This document shows, in pieces, positions 54,563 through 63,745 of a DNA stretch of 64,000 nucleotides. The position numbers were made by a program, and so were the translations under genes. Under the pieces are notes generated by a model, which saw only the letters and a program-made list of their open reading frames with translations, was not told the DNA's origin and searched no databases. This DNA is from Bacillota bacterium (GTDB lineage Bacteria > Bacillota > Clostridia > Peptostreptococcales > Anaerovoracaceae): the NCBI GenBank assembly GCA_022787405.1, contig JALFXR010000046.1, positions 2,365 through 66,364 of the forward strand, given 5' to 3'. How positions within the stretch are numbered: the first letter of the stretch is position 1; the number at the start of each line of letters is the position of its first letter.

Positions 54563-55343
54563 TTTTCAATACCTCCTTTGCAAACTTTCTATAGGCTTCC
54601 GACACCGTGCTTTTCGGGTCATACTCAAATATGCTTTCGCCTTGTGACGGCGATTCTGCGGTCGAAACCGCCACCGGTATTTCTGTTTTAAACATATTTA
54701 TTTTACTTCCATACGAACTCTGAATAGTTTTCTTTATTTCCTTTGCCAGATTCGTTCTGCTATCAACAAGGGTAAGAAGAATTCCGCTTATTCTCAGATT
54801 GGGGTTTGTATTTCTTTGTACCCTGCCTATGGTTTTAAGAAGTTGTGTCATTCCCTTTGCCGGGAGAAAATGTGCCTGAACAGGAATGATGACTTTGTCT
54901 GCAGCAGTTAAAGCATTTATTGTAATCATTCCAAGAGACGGCATACAGTCTATTATTACATAGTCATAGTTTTCTTTAATCTTATCGATGTATAGACTTA
55001 ATATCCTTTCCCTGCTCATGGCATTTACAAGATTAACTTCCATTGCTGACAAATCAAGATTAGATGGGACCAAATCAACTCCTTCTTTCTGATGAAGAAT
55101 TCCATCATTGCTTTCAATCGGTTCGTCCTGCATAATTTTTCTCATTACATCAGCAAGTGTCACATCCAGACTCTCTCCGTCAAAGTATCCAAGATATGTT
55201 GTCAAGTCGCCCTGTGGGTCTGCGTCTATCAGGAGTACCTTTTTCCCTTCCTTAGCAAGTCCTACTCCTAAATTTACTGCCGTCGTAGTTTTCCCTACTC
55301 CGCCTTTCTGGTTGCATATTGCTATTATCTCTGCTTTTTTCAT
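54516..55343 (-). CDS. parA: ParA/Soj-family ATPase
   Basis: 275-aa ORF. Deviant Walker A is NQKGGVGKTTTAVNLG, and a second motif is VLLIDADPQG. Confidence 0.9.
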   Translation of the reverse strand: MKKAEIIAICNQKGGVGKTTTAVNLGVGLAKEGKKVLLIDADPQGDLTTYLGYFDGESLDVTLADVMRKIMQDEPIESNDGILHQKEGVDLVPSNLDLSAMEVNLVNAMSRERILSLYIDKIKENYDYVIIDCMPSLGMITINALTAADKVIIPVQAHFLPAKGMTQLLKTIGRVQRNTNPNLRISGILLTLVDSRTNLAKEIKKTIQSSYGSKINMFKTEIPVAVSTAESPSQGESIFEYDPKSTVSEAYRKFAKEVLKNGEKEKFRDSTGLDR

Positions 55344-55478
55344 TTGCTGTCACCTCTCTCATATTTAAGAATGGCGGAGAGGTCTTTCTCCGCCTATGTA
55401 ATCATTTGTTTGAATCGTTGAAAATTCAATATTTACAGGCATTTAACTTATACACCAGCAGAATCTGTTGTAATTATT

Positions 55479-55634
55479 ACCTCTACACATAAGGATGTTA
55501 CGGAAAGGCTCCTCGAAATCAATCCGGGGCTGGCTTCCGAAGTAAAGGACGTTCTGGAAAACAACAAAGCGGAGCGCCACCTTCGCGGCGGGATGGCTAC
55601 CAGAGAAAAATATCAGCATGCGAAAGAAAAATAA
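55479..55634 (+). pseudogene. spoIIID: 3' fragment of sporulation regulator gene spoIIID (no start codon; 5' half absent from the window)
   Basis: Reads ..STHKDVTERLLEINPGLASEVKDVLENNKAERHLRGGMATREKYQHAKEK*. Compare B. subtilis SpoIIID STVHKDLTERLPEINPDLANEVKEILDYHKSIRHLRGGEATKLKY. Upstream in frame there is a stop at ~55419, no start and no similarity. Confidence 0.75.
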
Positions 55635-55662
55635 CGGCCCAACGGGTCGTTTTTTTACTTGC
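55634..55662 (+). terminator. Intrinsic terminator after the spoIIID fragment
   Basis: ACGGCCCaacGGGTCGT followed by TTTTTT. Confidence 0.6.
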
Positions 55663-55755
55663 TAAAGGCCATATACAGGTACTATAATTAAGGTATAAAA
55701 TATATGGTTCCGGCAGAATGATAAAAACGATTCACGTAACGAGGAGGATGAAAAG

Positions 55756-56778
55756 ATGATTTATTTCAGAAGCGACTATAGCCTTGGCGCCCACCCGAAG
55801 GTAATGCAGGCTCTTATGGATACAAATATGGAGCATACAGACGGTTATGCCGAGGACAGGTTTTCTTACGAAACTGCAGATATGATCCGCGAAATGATTG
55901 GCAAGCCTGACGCTCACGTTCATTTCATGGTAGGCGGCACCCCGACCAATACCATCACCATTGCAGCAGCACTCAGACCTTACGAGGGAGTCATCTCACC
56001 AGCCACAGGTCATATCTATGTTCACGAAACCGGTTCTGTAGAAGCAAACGGTCACAGAGTTTTCGCCGCTCCTACAGAGGACGGCAAGCTCACTCCTGAA
56101 GCAATAGAGAAGGTTCTCCTTCACCACGAAGACGAGCACACAGTTATCCCAAAGATGGCCTACATAACCCACCCGACGGAAAACGGCGGCGTTTACACTA
56201 AAGCTGAACTTACAGCTCTCAGCGAGTGCTGCAAAAAACACGGACTTTATCTCTACATGGACGGTGCACGACTGGGCACTGCTCTTACATGGCCGGGCAA
56301 CGACCTTTCACTTAAGGACATCGCCAACCTGGTAGACGCATTCTACATTGGCGGCACCAAAATCGGTGCCCTCTTCGGCGAAGCCCTTATTATCATGAAC
56401 GATAACATGAACGATCATTTCCGCTATATGGTAAAGCGTGCCTGCGCTTTGCTGGCAAAAGGCAGACTCATCGCCATCCAGCTCAAGGCTCTCCTCGAAG
56501 GCGGCGAAGATTCACTTTACTATGAACTTTCACGTCATGAAAACGAACTGGCTATCAAGCTTTCCAAGGGTGTTGTGGAAAAAGGCTACGAGCTCTGGAT
56601 TCCTCATCAGACCAACCAGGTCTTCGTAATTGTCGATAACGACAAGATTAAGGAACTGGAAAAGGACTTCTTCTTCTACACATGGTGTCCTTACGACGAA
56701 ACCCGTTCAGTAATCAGACTGGTTATCAGCTGGGGCTCCACTGAGGAAGACGTGGACGCTATTTTGGCAGCACTGTAA
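55756..56778 (+). CDS. ltaE: Low-specificity threonine aldolase family (PLP-dependent beta-eliminating lyase fold)
   Basis: 340-aa ORF. FRSDYSLGAHPKVMQAL..., GGTPTNTI, and the PLP-lysine region YIGGTKIGALFGEAL. Confidence 0.8.
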   Translation: MIYFRSDYSLGAHPKVMQALMDTNMEHTDGYAEDRFSYETADMIREMIGKPDAHVHFMVGGTPTNTITIAAALRPYEGVISPATGHIYVHETGSVEANGHRVFAAPTEDGKLTPEAIEKVLLHHEDEHTVIPKMAYITHPTENGGVYTKAELTALSECCKKHGLYLYMDGARLGTALTWPGNDLSLKDIANLVDAFYIGGTKIGALFGEALIIMNDNMNDHFRYMVKRACALLAKGRLIAIQLKALLEGGEDSLYYELSRHENELAIKLSKGVVEKGYELWIPHQTNQVFVIVDNDKIKELEKDFFFYTWCPYDETRSVIRLVISWGSTEEDVDAILAAL

Positions 56779-56811
56779 AGCCAGTCTGACGCAGTTTCCA
56801 CAAAAATCAGC

Positions 56812-56862
56812 AAAAAACCTCTGTTTGATGGGGGATTGCCCTCAAAAAACAGAGGTTTTTCT
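56812..56862. terminator. Bidirectional intrinsic terminator
   Basis: AAAAAACCTCTGTTT...AAACAGAGGTTTTTC lies between convergent genes. Confidence 0.6.
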
Positions 56863-56969
56863 TACATTTTATTATAGTATCACCTGGATTTAGTCAATCT
56901 ACAGCCCTTTTCCTCCACTCAAATCAGCATTTTTGACTTATTTTTGTGGGGAAAAGTGAAATCGAAAGC

Positions 56970-58034
56970 TTACTCCGCATCAACCACAGTCTTTCCGAAT
57001 TTCACCGCTTTCACCTGAGCCGTGTCAACAGGCATTGACCACTGATACTTCATCTGCCATGAACCGTCTTCAAGCTGTACACCGCTTCCCCCTGTAATAC
57101 CTACCTCGCTGCCATCCTTAAAAATCAGTCTCGGCAGTTCTCCGTGAGCCTCACTTTCTCCTTCAAAGAGATACTTTATTCCTACCATGTTAATCTGAAT
57201 TTTGCTCACTCTGCACATGGTCTCCTCGCCGTTTCCAATAGCAAATACTGCATCCGAATCAGGTGCTGTCATTATTTCTCCAGATTCTGCTGCAGGCACT
57301 TCAAACTCGAAACTCCAGGTCCCCTCCTGCAGTACAGATTCCTTTGTGCTTGTAATGATGCTGTGCTTCTTTTCCACAAAATCAGACACTGACAGCATGA
57401 AATGCATATTGCCCCCGTCGGCCGCAATAGCTTCAGCTGATTCCGGACTTATTTCTCCTTCGAAAAGCATTTTCAAAGCAGAACCGCCTCTGGCAGTCTG
57501 AGTTATGCTTCTGCCGCACTGCCCAAGCTCTCTGCCATCCTCGGACACAATTATCAGGTCACTCTTTCTGCACCCGTACCCGTTATCCTGATCAAACTTC
57601 ATTCCCTCTGCATAGACCATAAGCCAATAGTACCCGTCACTGTAAGCCACTGAATCCACTGTAACTGTCAGATTGCCAACAGTCTGGCTGATTCCTACAG
57701 GTGCGGAAAGGCTCTCAACTATCTGCTGTTGTTCTGCAGGCATTTCACCGTCATTATTGTATCCCCATTCATCAGAGAACCAGCTTTTCAAGCCCCCGCC
57801 TGATGTTACTGCTAATGCCGTGCCTGTAATAAGCACAACCGCCATGCAGACTGCCATAGCCATGGAAAACCTTCTTCTGCCGTGTAAGCTCCTTTTATCT
57901 TCACATTCTGCAGCAATCCCAAGAACTTTCTCTCTGGCATTTCTTCCCAGCTTCACCTGATTAAAGGCATCTATATAAGCATTTCTGTACAGGCTTTCCT
58001 CCGATTTCTCTCTCATATTTTTTATCTCGTTCAT
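56970..58034 (-). CDS. Membrane-anchored putative anti-sigma factor (DUF4179-like)
   Basis: 354-aa ORF overlapping the sigma gene stop by 4 nt. It has a short cytoplasmic N-terminus, one TM (FSMAMAVCMAVVLITGTALAV) and an extracellular domain. Confidence 0.55.
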   Translation of the reverse strand: MNEIKNMREKSEESLYRNAYIDAFNQVKLGRNAREKVLGIAAECEDKRSLHGRRRFSMAMAVCMAVVLITGTALAVTSGGGLKSWFSDEWGYNNDGEMPAEQQQIVESLSAPVGISQTVGNLTVTVDSVAYSDGYYWLMVYAEGMKFDQDNGYGCRKSDLIIVSEDGRELGQCGRSITQTARGGSALKMLFEGEISPESAEAIAADGGNMHFMLSVSDFVEKKHSIITSTKESVLQEGTWSFEFEVPAAESGEIMTAPDSDAVFAIGNGEETMCRVSKIQINMVGIKYLFEGESEAHGELPRLIFKDGSEVGITGGSGVQLEDGSWQMKYQWSMPVDTAQVKAVKFGKTVVDAE

Positions 58035-58513
58035 TTCATTTCCTCCTCTAATACCGCTCTGAGCTTTTCCCTGCCTCTGGCAAGTCTGGTCTGCAAAGTT
58101 GATATTTTGCTTCCTGTAAGCTCGGCAATCTCCTTCACCGAATACCCCTCGTAATAATACAGATACATGGGCACCCTGTACTTGGGCGGCAGTCCGGCGA
58201 CCTTCATGAGAAGGCCCTGCTGAAAGCCGTCTGTGCCGTCTGCAATATTAAGCACCTTCTCAAATGATGCCTCCCGCTTTTTCCATGGCAGCCCGACAAG
58301 ACGTTTTGACTCATTTACGGCCACACGGATAAGCCAGCGCCTGGCATGCTCCTCACTTTCAAAATCAGGATCTGACCTGTAGAGTCTCAGCATAACATTC
58401 TGAACCACATCCTCTGCATCGGCTGCACTTCCTGAAGCATTCAGCGCTATGCGATAGACCATATCCATATATTGTTCTGCCAGAGCAGTGAACCTGCTTT
58501 CGTTCATCATCAC
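58031..58513 (-). CDS. ECF-type sigma-70 family RNA polymerase sigma factor
   Basis: 160-aa ORF. Region 2 is DAEDVVQNVMLRLY...RRWLIRVAVNESK. Region 4 is YYEGYSVKEIAELTGSKISTLQTRLARGREKLR. Confidence 0.85.
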   Translation of the reverse strand: MMMNESRFTALAEQYMDMVYRIALNASGSAADAEDVVQNVMLRLYRSDPDFESEEHARRWLIRVAVNESKRLVGLPWKKREASFEKVLNIADGTDGFQQGLLMKVAGLPPKYRVPMYLYYYEGYSVKEIAELTGSKISTLQTRLARGREKLRAVLEEEMK

Positions 58514-58633
58514 CTATACCTCTGTTTCTTTTCTGAAAAGCTTTTCATCATTAATACCCGCCGGCAAGGAGAAATATCCCATAAAAAAACTCTGTTTACA
58601 GGGAAAAGTTTTTCACCCGCAACAGAGGTTCTT

Positions 58634-59065
58634 TTAATGATTTTCTATAAACGTGGAAAACACCACCTGAGTTTCCGTCTTGCCAAAGCTCTGCAGCTTG
58701 CCCAGAAATATCTCCAGCATCACTGTGCTTGGAAAGGCAGCCTTGACTATCATGGAATAGGGCCCTGTTATATGGCTGCATTCCATGACGCATTCCTGCT
58801 TACCTACAAATGTATAGAACTTCTTTATATCTTCAGGCTTAACAGTTATCATAATATATGCCTTGACCACGTATCCCAGTTTTTCAATATCAACTTCCGC
58901 ATGGTATCCTTTGATATATCCTTCCTTTTCAAGCTTTTCTATTCTTGCGGAAACGGCAGGCGTTGTAAGGAATACTTCTGCCGAAAGATCTTTCAGCGGA
59001 ATTCTGGCATTTTCCTGCAGTTTTTTAAGTATTTCTTTATCTATTGTATCCAATGCTTTCATCAC
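58634..59065 (-). CDS. Lrp/AsnC-family transcriptional regulator
   Basis: 143-aa ORF. LDTIDKEILKKLQENARIPLKDLSAEVFLTTPAVSARIEKLEKEGYI plus a RAM-like C-terminal domain. Confidence 0.85.
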   Translation of the reverse strand: MMKALDTIDKEILKKLQENARIPLKDLSAEVFLTTPAVSARIEKLEKEGYIKGYHAEVDIEKLGYVVKAYIMITVKPEDIKKFYTFVGKQECVMECSHITGPYSMIVKAAFPSTVMLEIFLGKLQSFGKTETQVVFSTFIENH

Positions 59066-59222
59066 TAACTGACCTTCTTGTCTATTACATGTTTAAATTA
59101 TCATAACATTCGCCAAACCAGGTACAGTATATCATATAACTTCAAAAAATGAAAGCTGCCACAGGAGTATTATTGCAGGTTATATGCAAAATATCCACGC
59201 AGCAGCATTCACGATGTTAAAC

Positions 59223-60449
59223 TTAAATAAAGAGGCTCTTGATGATTTCAGGCATCCGTTTGCATTCGTCAATTGTGTTTGATGCGACGGAAACCCTTAT
59301 ACCCTTGCTTAAAGGTACGGTGAAAAGATTCTTTTCCTGCAATTTTGCGCAGATTTCATCAGGATTATCACACGGAATTGTGATAAAGAATCCCGAATCA
59401 TACGGTATGATATCCAGGCCGACTTCCTTTGCCTTCTCCACGAAAGCTGTTCCTCTCCTGCGGAGTTTTACAAGCCAACCCTCTCTTTCTTTTTTTACTT
59501 CATCATAAAGCTCCGGGTTTTCCAGAATGTTTGCGATTACCTTCATGGCAGCTCTGTTTCCATTGGACCAGGAACCCCTGGACTGGACGCTTACAACATC
59601 TCTGAATTCATCAGCAATCTCCTTTGTAGGTGCCATACACATTATTGCTCCGCAGCGCATGCCGTACATTGTGTATCCCTTTGAAGCGCTGAATGCAATC
59701 AGGGGTAAAATATTTTCAGGAAGTCCGACTAATTTGTTCAGGAATCCTCTGTATTCATGGGCATCTCCTGAAAAATCCAGATAGGCAATATCCACCAGAA
59801 CAGCAATTTTTTTATTTTTATACTTCTTGATTACAGAAAGCACATTGTCCCAGTCCGCATAAGTAAAAGTATATCCCGTCGGGTTATGAGCAGGGGTGTT
59901 TATAATCACTACAGTTTCATCCTGCACTTTCAGAATCTTATCAAGTTCAGCATAAAAGCTGTTGTAATTTACATGTTTATTTTCATCGAACAGCTGGTAT
60001 GTAGCAACCTCTCTGCCGATTTCCTGTGCCACAATATTATATGGACTCCAGTGCCAGTCGGAAGTGAGAATCTTATCTCCGGGTTTTGTGTATGCGGAAA
60101 CAGCATGTCTTATTGCTCCCGTTCCTCCAGGAGTATAGCAAGCTCTGATGTGACAGCCTTCCGGTACCCCGTCTATAAAAACTATGTTCTTTACCGCTTC
60201 GAGATACTCAGGAAGTCCGGTAATAGGTGCGTAAGGTGCATAATCCTCCGGCCCCAGCATCCTGATTGCTTTCATAACAGAATCCAGCACTACAATTTTT
60301 CCTTCATCATCAAGAAGAACGCCAATGGTAGAATCTATAACCTTGTCCTTCCCCAGCTCAGCCTTCCTCTCCTTGGCCTTCTGAGATACTCCGAACAATT
60401 TATCCGGAACACCGATACTTTTTCTTCCGTTTTCATTTGCAAAAATCAC
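59223..60449 (-). CDS. Class I (aspartate/aromatic-type) PLP aminotransferase
   Basis: 408-aa ORF. TPAHNPTGYTF and the PLP-lysine region FSASKGYTMYGMRCG. Confidence 0.8.
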   Translation of the reverse strand: MIFANENGRKSIGVPDKLFGVSQKAKERKAELGKDKVIDSTIGVLLDDEGKIVVLDSVMKAIRMLGPEDYAPYAPITGLPEYLEAVKNIVFIDGVPEGCHIRACYTPGGTGAIRHAVSAYTKPGDKILTSDWHWSPYNIVAQEIGREVATYQLFDENKHVNYNSFYAELDKILKVQDETVVIINTPAHNPTGYTFTYADWDNVLSVIKKYKNKKIAVLVDIAYLDFSGDAHEYRGFLNKLVGLPENILPLIAFSASKGYTMYGMRCGAIMCMAPTKEIADEFRDVVSVQSRGSWSNGNRAAMKVIANILENPELYDEVKKEREGWLVKLRRRGTAFVEKAKEVGLDIIPYDSGFFITIPCDNPDEICAKLQEKNLFTVPLSKGIRVSVASNTIDECKRMPEIIKSLFI

Positions 60450-60464
60450 TGTAATCTACCTCCT

Positions 60465-61862
60465 TTAAATCGGATACGCTTTGTTTGTATAATCAAATCT
60501 GTCAGGGTCGAGGCCTTCTTTTCTTGCCGCTCTGCGTTTAAAATACTCTGAGGCGACCTGAGGGAAAAGAGCATAACTTAAGATGTCTTCATCTTTTTCC
60601 TTGAAGCTTCCAAGTTCCTTCTCCAGACTATCAAGTTCAGGCTGGATTAAATCTGCCGGCCTTACCGTAACAGGTTTTTCGTCTCCTATAGCTTTTTTCA
60701 GCACCTCCTCATTAAACGGAACGGCCGTTTTTCCATACTCTCCTCTCAGGATTCCCTTGGTTTCTTTAGAAATAATCTTATATCTTTCTCCGCTGAGAAC
60801 ATTAAGCACTGCCTGAGTACCCACTATCTGGGATGAAGGAGTTACAAGGGGAGGCTCTCCAAGATCTTCCCTTACCCGCGGAATCTCTTTAAGGACTTCG
60901 TCGTATTTATCCATAGCCTTCTGTCCTTTAAGCTGAGATACCAGGTTAGAAAGCATCCCGCCCGGTACCTGATACAGCAGACCTTCAAAGTCTATGCCCA
61001 TAACCTTTGGTTCTATAATTTTTTCATTTAAAAATCTGTCTCTTATGCCTTTAAAATGATTTGCGATTTCTGCCAGCTTTATCTGGTCCAGACCTGTATC
61101 CCTCTCAGTGTCCCTAAAAGCTTCTACCATCACTTCTGTTGCCGGCTGACTGGTACCGAGAGCAAAAGGCGAAATTGCAGTATCTATTCCGTCACATCCT
61201 GCAGCGGCCGCCTCCATATACACAATAGGAGCAGTTCCGCATGTGCAGTGGCTGTGAAGCTGTATAGGAACCGAGACAGTCTCCTTAAGAGCAGTAACAA
61301 GCTTTCGCGCTTCCTTAGGAAGCAGTATTCCTGCCATGTCCTTAATACAAATTGAATCTGCACCCATACTCTGCATATCATCGGCAAGCTTTTTCCAGTA
61401 ATCAAGTGTATATGCTCTGCCGGTTGTATACGCCATCGCAAGCTGCACATGTCCACCTTCTTTTTTAGCTGCATTGACCGCCGTTTCAAGATTCCTCAGG
61501 TCATTCAGCGCATCAAATATTCTCATTATTTCAATACCGTTTGCAATCGATTTCTGAACAAAGTATTCAACAACATCATCGGCATAATGCCTGTACCCCA
61601 GCAGGTTCTGTCCCCTGAGAAGCATTTGCAAAGGTGTTTTTTTAACTCTTTTCTTTATTTCTCCAAGCCGTTCCCACGGATCCTCGTTCAGGAATCTGAG
61701 ACATGCATCAAAAGTTGCTCCGCCCCAACATTCAAGGGAGTAATATCCTATTTCGTCCATCTTTTCCAGGATAGGAATCATGTCATCAGTGCTCATGCGG
61801 GTTGCGGCAAGTGATTGATGACCGTCTCTCAGCACGGTCTCGGTTATTCTAAGCTTTTTCAT
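60465..61862 (-). CDS. Oxaloacetate decarboxylase alpha / pyruvate carboxyltransferase (5S-type) subunit, no fused biotin domain
   Basis: 465-aa ORF. ITETVLRDGHQSLAATRMSTDDM..., HSHCTCG metal site. Confidence 0.85.
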   Translation of the reverse strand: MKKLRITETVLRDGHQSLAATRMSTDDMIPILEKMDEIGYYSLECWGGATFDACLRFLNEDPWERLGEIKKRVKKTPLQMLLRGQNLLGYRHYADDVVEYFVQKSIANGIEIMRIFDALNDLRNLETAVNAAKKEGGHVQLAMAYTTGRAYTLDYWKKLADDMQSMGADSICIKDMAGILLPKEARKLVTALKETVSVPIQLHSHCTCGTAPIVYMEAAAAGCDGIDTAISPFALGTSQPATEVMVEAFRDTERDTGLDQIKLAEIANHFKGIRDRFLNEKIIEPKVMGIDFEGLLYQVPGGMLSNLVSQLKGQKAMDKYDEVLKEIPRVREDLGEPPLVTPSSQIVGTQAVLNVLSGERYKIISKETKGILRGEYGKTAVPFNEEVLKKAIGDEKPVTVRPADLIQPELDSLEKELGSFKEKDEDILSYALFPQVASEYFKRRAARKEGLDPDRFDYTNKAYPI

Positions 61863-61880
61863 TGCGATTCACCTCAATTC

Positions 61881-63017
61881 CTATATTCCGAAAATAGCCA
61901 TAAATACGCCTGCTACCACTGCAGTGCCTATTACACCTGCAACATTAGGCCCCATGGCATGCATAAGAAGAAAGTTTGTCGGATCTGCCTCCGCTCCGAC
62001 CTTCTGGGCCACGCGAGCTGCCATAGGAACAGCTGAAACTCCTGCCGATCCGATAAGCGGATTAATCTTTCCCCCTGAAAGCTTGCACATGATCTTTCCA
62101 AAAATCACTCCTGCTGCAGTCCCGAAGCAGAATGCGGAAAATCCTATGATAACAATCTTGATTGTATCCCATTTAAGAAAAGCTTCAGCACTGGTAGTCG
62201 CACCTACTGAAGTTCCCAGCAGGATTACCACGATGTACATCAGTGCATTTGACGCTGTTTCAGTCAACTGTCGAACAACTCCGCTTTCTCTGAAGAGATT
62301 TCCAAGCATCAGCATGCCTACAAGCGGTGTTGTAGACGGAAGCAGACCGCATACCAGAATCGTTACTATTACAGGGAAGAGAATTCTTTCCTTTTTAGAA
62401 ACAGTTCTGAGCTGCTCCATCTTAATCCTTCTTTCCTCCTCAGTGGTCAGTGCCTTCATTATCGGAGGCTGTATGATAGGTACCAGTGACATATATGAAT
62501 AGGCAGCAACCGCAATCGGTCCCATTATATCGGTCTGCCCCAGCTTCATGGCCAGAAAAATTGATGTAGGGCCGTCAGCTCCGCCGATTATAGCGATTGC
62601 AGCGGCTGCCATATCATTGAATCCAAAACCCATGGCCAATATATATGCAGCAAATATTCCAAACTGTGCCGCTGCTCCAAGCAGGAAGCTCTTTGGATTA
62701 GCAATCAGCGGTCCGAAGTCCGTAAGTGCTCCCACTCCCAGAAAAATCAGGGACGGCAATATAGTCCACTCGTCCAGCATATAGAAGTAGTGCAGCAGAC
62801 CGCCTTCTTCCATAATCGGAGGATATATATTTACAAGCAGCATTCCAAAAGAAATCGGCAAAAGCAGCAAGGGTTCATATTGCTTGGCAATAGCCAGATA
62901 CATGAATCCACATGCCACAGCAATCATCAGGAAATTTCCTGCTGTAAGGGTTCCCAAGGCCGTCTGCGCTGCCAGATTTCCCAGAGTATCAAATATATAA
63001 CTCATGACCAGCCTCAC
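61881..63017 (-). CDS. Na+-translocating decarboxylase beta subunit (OadB/MmdB/GcdB family)
   Basis: 378-aa polytopic ORF. Family-typical IGGADGPTSIF and GSAGVSAVPMAARV. Confidence 0.9.
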   Translation of the reverse strand: MRLVMSYIFDTLGNLAAQTALGTLTAGNFLMIAVACGFMYLAIAKQYEPLLLLPISFGMLLVNIYPPIMEEGGLLHYFYMLDEWTILPSLIFLGVGALTDFGPLIANPKSFLLGAAAQFGIFAAYILAMGFGFNDMAAAAIAIIGGADGPTSIFLAMKLGQTDIMGPIAVAAYSYMSLVPIIQPPIMKALTTEEERRIKMEQLRTVSKKERILFPVIVTILVCGLLPSTTPLVGMLMLGNLFRESGVVRQLTETASNALMYIVVILLGTSVGATTSAEAFLKWDTIKIVIIGFSAFCFGTAAGVIFGKIMCKLSGGKINPLIGSAGVSAVPMAARVAQKVGAEADPTNFLLMHAMGPNVAGVIGTAVVAGVFMAIFGI

Positions 63018-63023
63018 TTTCCC

Positions 63024-63401
63024 TTATTTAGGTTCAACCAGTGCGATTCTCTTTCCTGATTCAACATCGCTTCCTTCTGTTACAAGAATCCTTGTTACTG
63101 TTCCTTCTACCGGCGATACAACCGGTATTTCCATTTTCATGGATTCCAGAATAACCACTGCTTCACCCTTGGCCACTTTGTCGCCTTCCGCCTTAACTAT
63201 CTTCCATATTTTCCCTGTTGCGCCGCACTCTACAGGAACGCCGGCAGCTTCTGCGCCGGATATTGATGCATTCTTCGTTTCAGCAGGCGTAACCGGGACA
63301 GCGGCTGAGGTTATATTGGTCACAGTGGCTGAGGCTCCTTCTTTTTTTTCAACTTCTACTTCGTATACTTTTCCATTTACTTTAATAATGTATGTCTTCA
63401 T
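63024..63401 (-). CDS. Biotin carboxyl carrier (biotinyl domain) protein
   Basis: 125-aa ORF with C-terminal biotinylation motif VILESMKMEIPV. Confidence 0.85.
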   Translation of the reverse strand: MKTYIIKVNGKVYEVEVEKKEGASATVTNITSAAVPVTPAETKNASISGAEAAGVPVECGATGKIWKIVKAEGDKVAKGEAVVILESMKMEIPVVSPVEGTVTRILVTEGSDVESGKRIALVEPK

Positions 63402-63406
63402 TTACT

Positions 63407-63745
63407 TCACCTTTTTCTGATTTTTTTAGCAGTAAATACTGTTGCCGCCCGGGTCTGACTGACTTCCTCTTTCTCATCTTCTTCAAAGGCTTGCAATGCA
63501 GCGGCAATTACCGCCACAGTTTCGTCATCATCAGAAAATTCCCGTTCTTCTTTATAAGCAGTCTGTTCAGTCTCCCCGCTTTTTTCCTTCTTGTCAGGGA
63601 TAAATCTCAATAAATAAATTACAGAACTGATAAAGATAAGCATCAGGAAAACCGTCCCCATTCCAAGGCATGTATTCAGCGCAGCTTTGGAAAGTATTTC
63701 ACCTAGTCCCATCTTCCTACCTCCTGACGTTTGCCAGGGTTTCAA
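63407..63745 (-). CDS. OadG-like decarboxylase gamma subunit
   Basis: 112-aa ORF with a single N-terminal TM (GMGTVFLMLIFISSVIYLL) and an acidic tail, in the gamma-subunit position. Confidence 0.6.
   Translation of the reverse strand: MKPWQTSGGRKMGLGEILSKAALNTCLGMGTVFLMLIFISSVIYLLRFIPDKKEKSGETEQTAYKEEREFSDDDETVAVIAAALQAFEEDEKEEVSQTRAATVFTAKKIRKR

Larger units (their letters stand above)
17691..55485. mobile_element. Integrative conjugative element (Clostridiales ICE: T4SS + relaxosome + polyvalent methylase/helicase + adhesin + ParAB)
   Basis: Contiguous minus-strand transfer, relaxosome, replication/processing and partition genes (listed in the summary). The right end abuts a start-less spoIIID 3' fragment. 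The left boundary is NOT resolved: no integrase is in the window, so the element may extend left of 17691. Confidence 0.8.
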
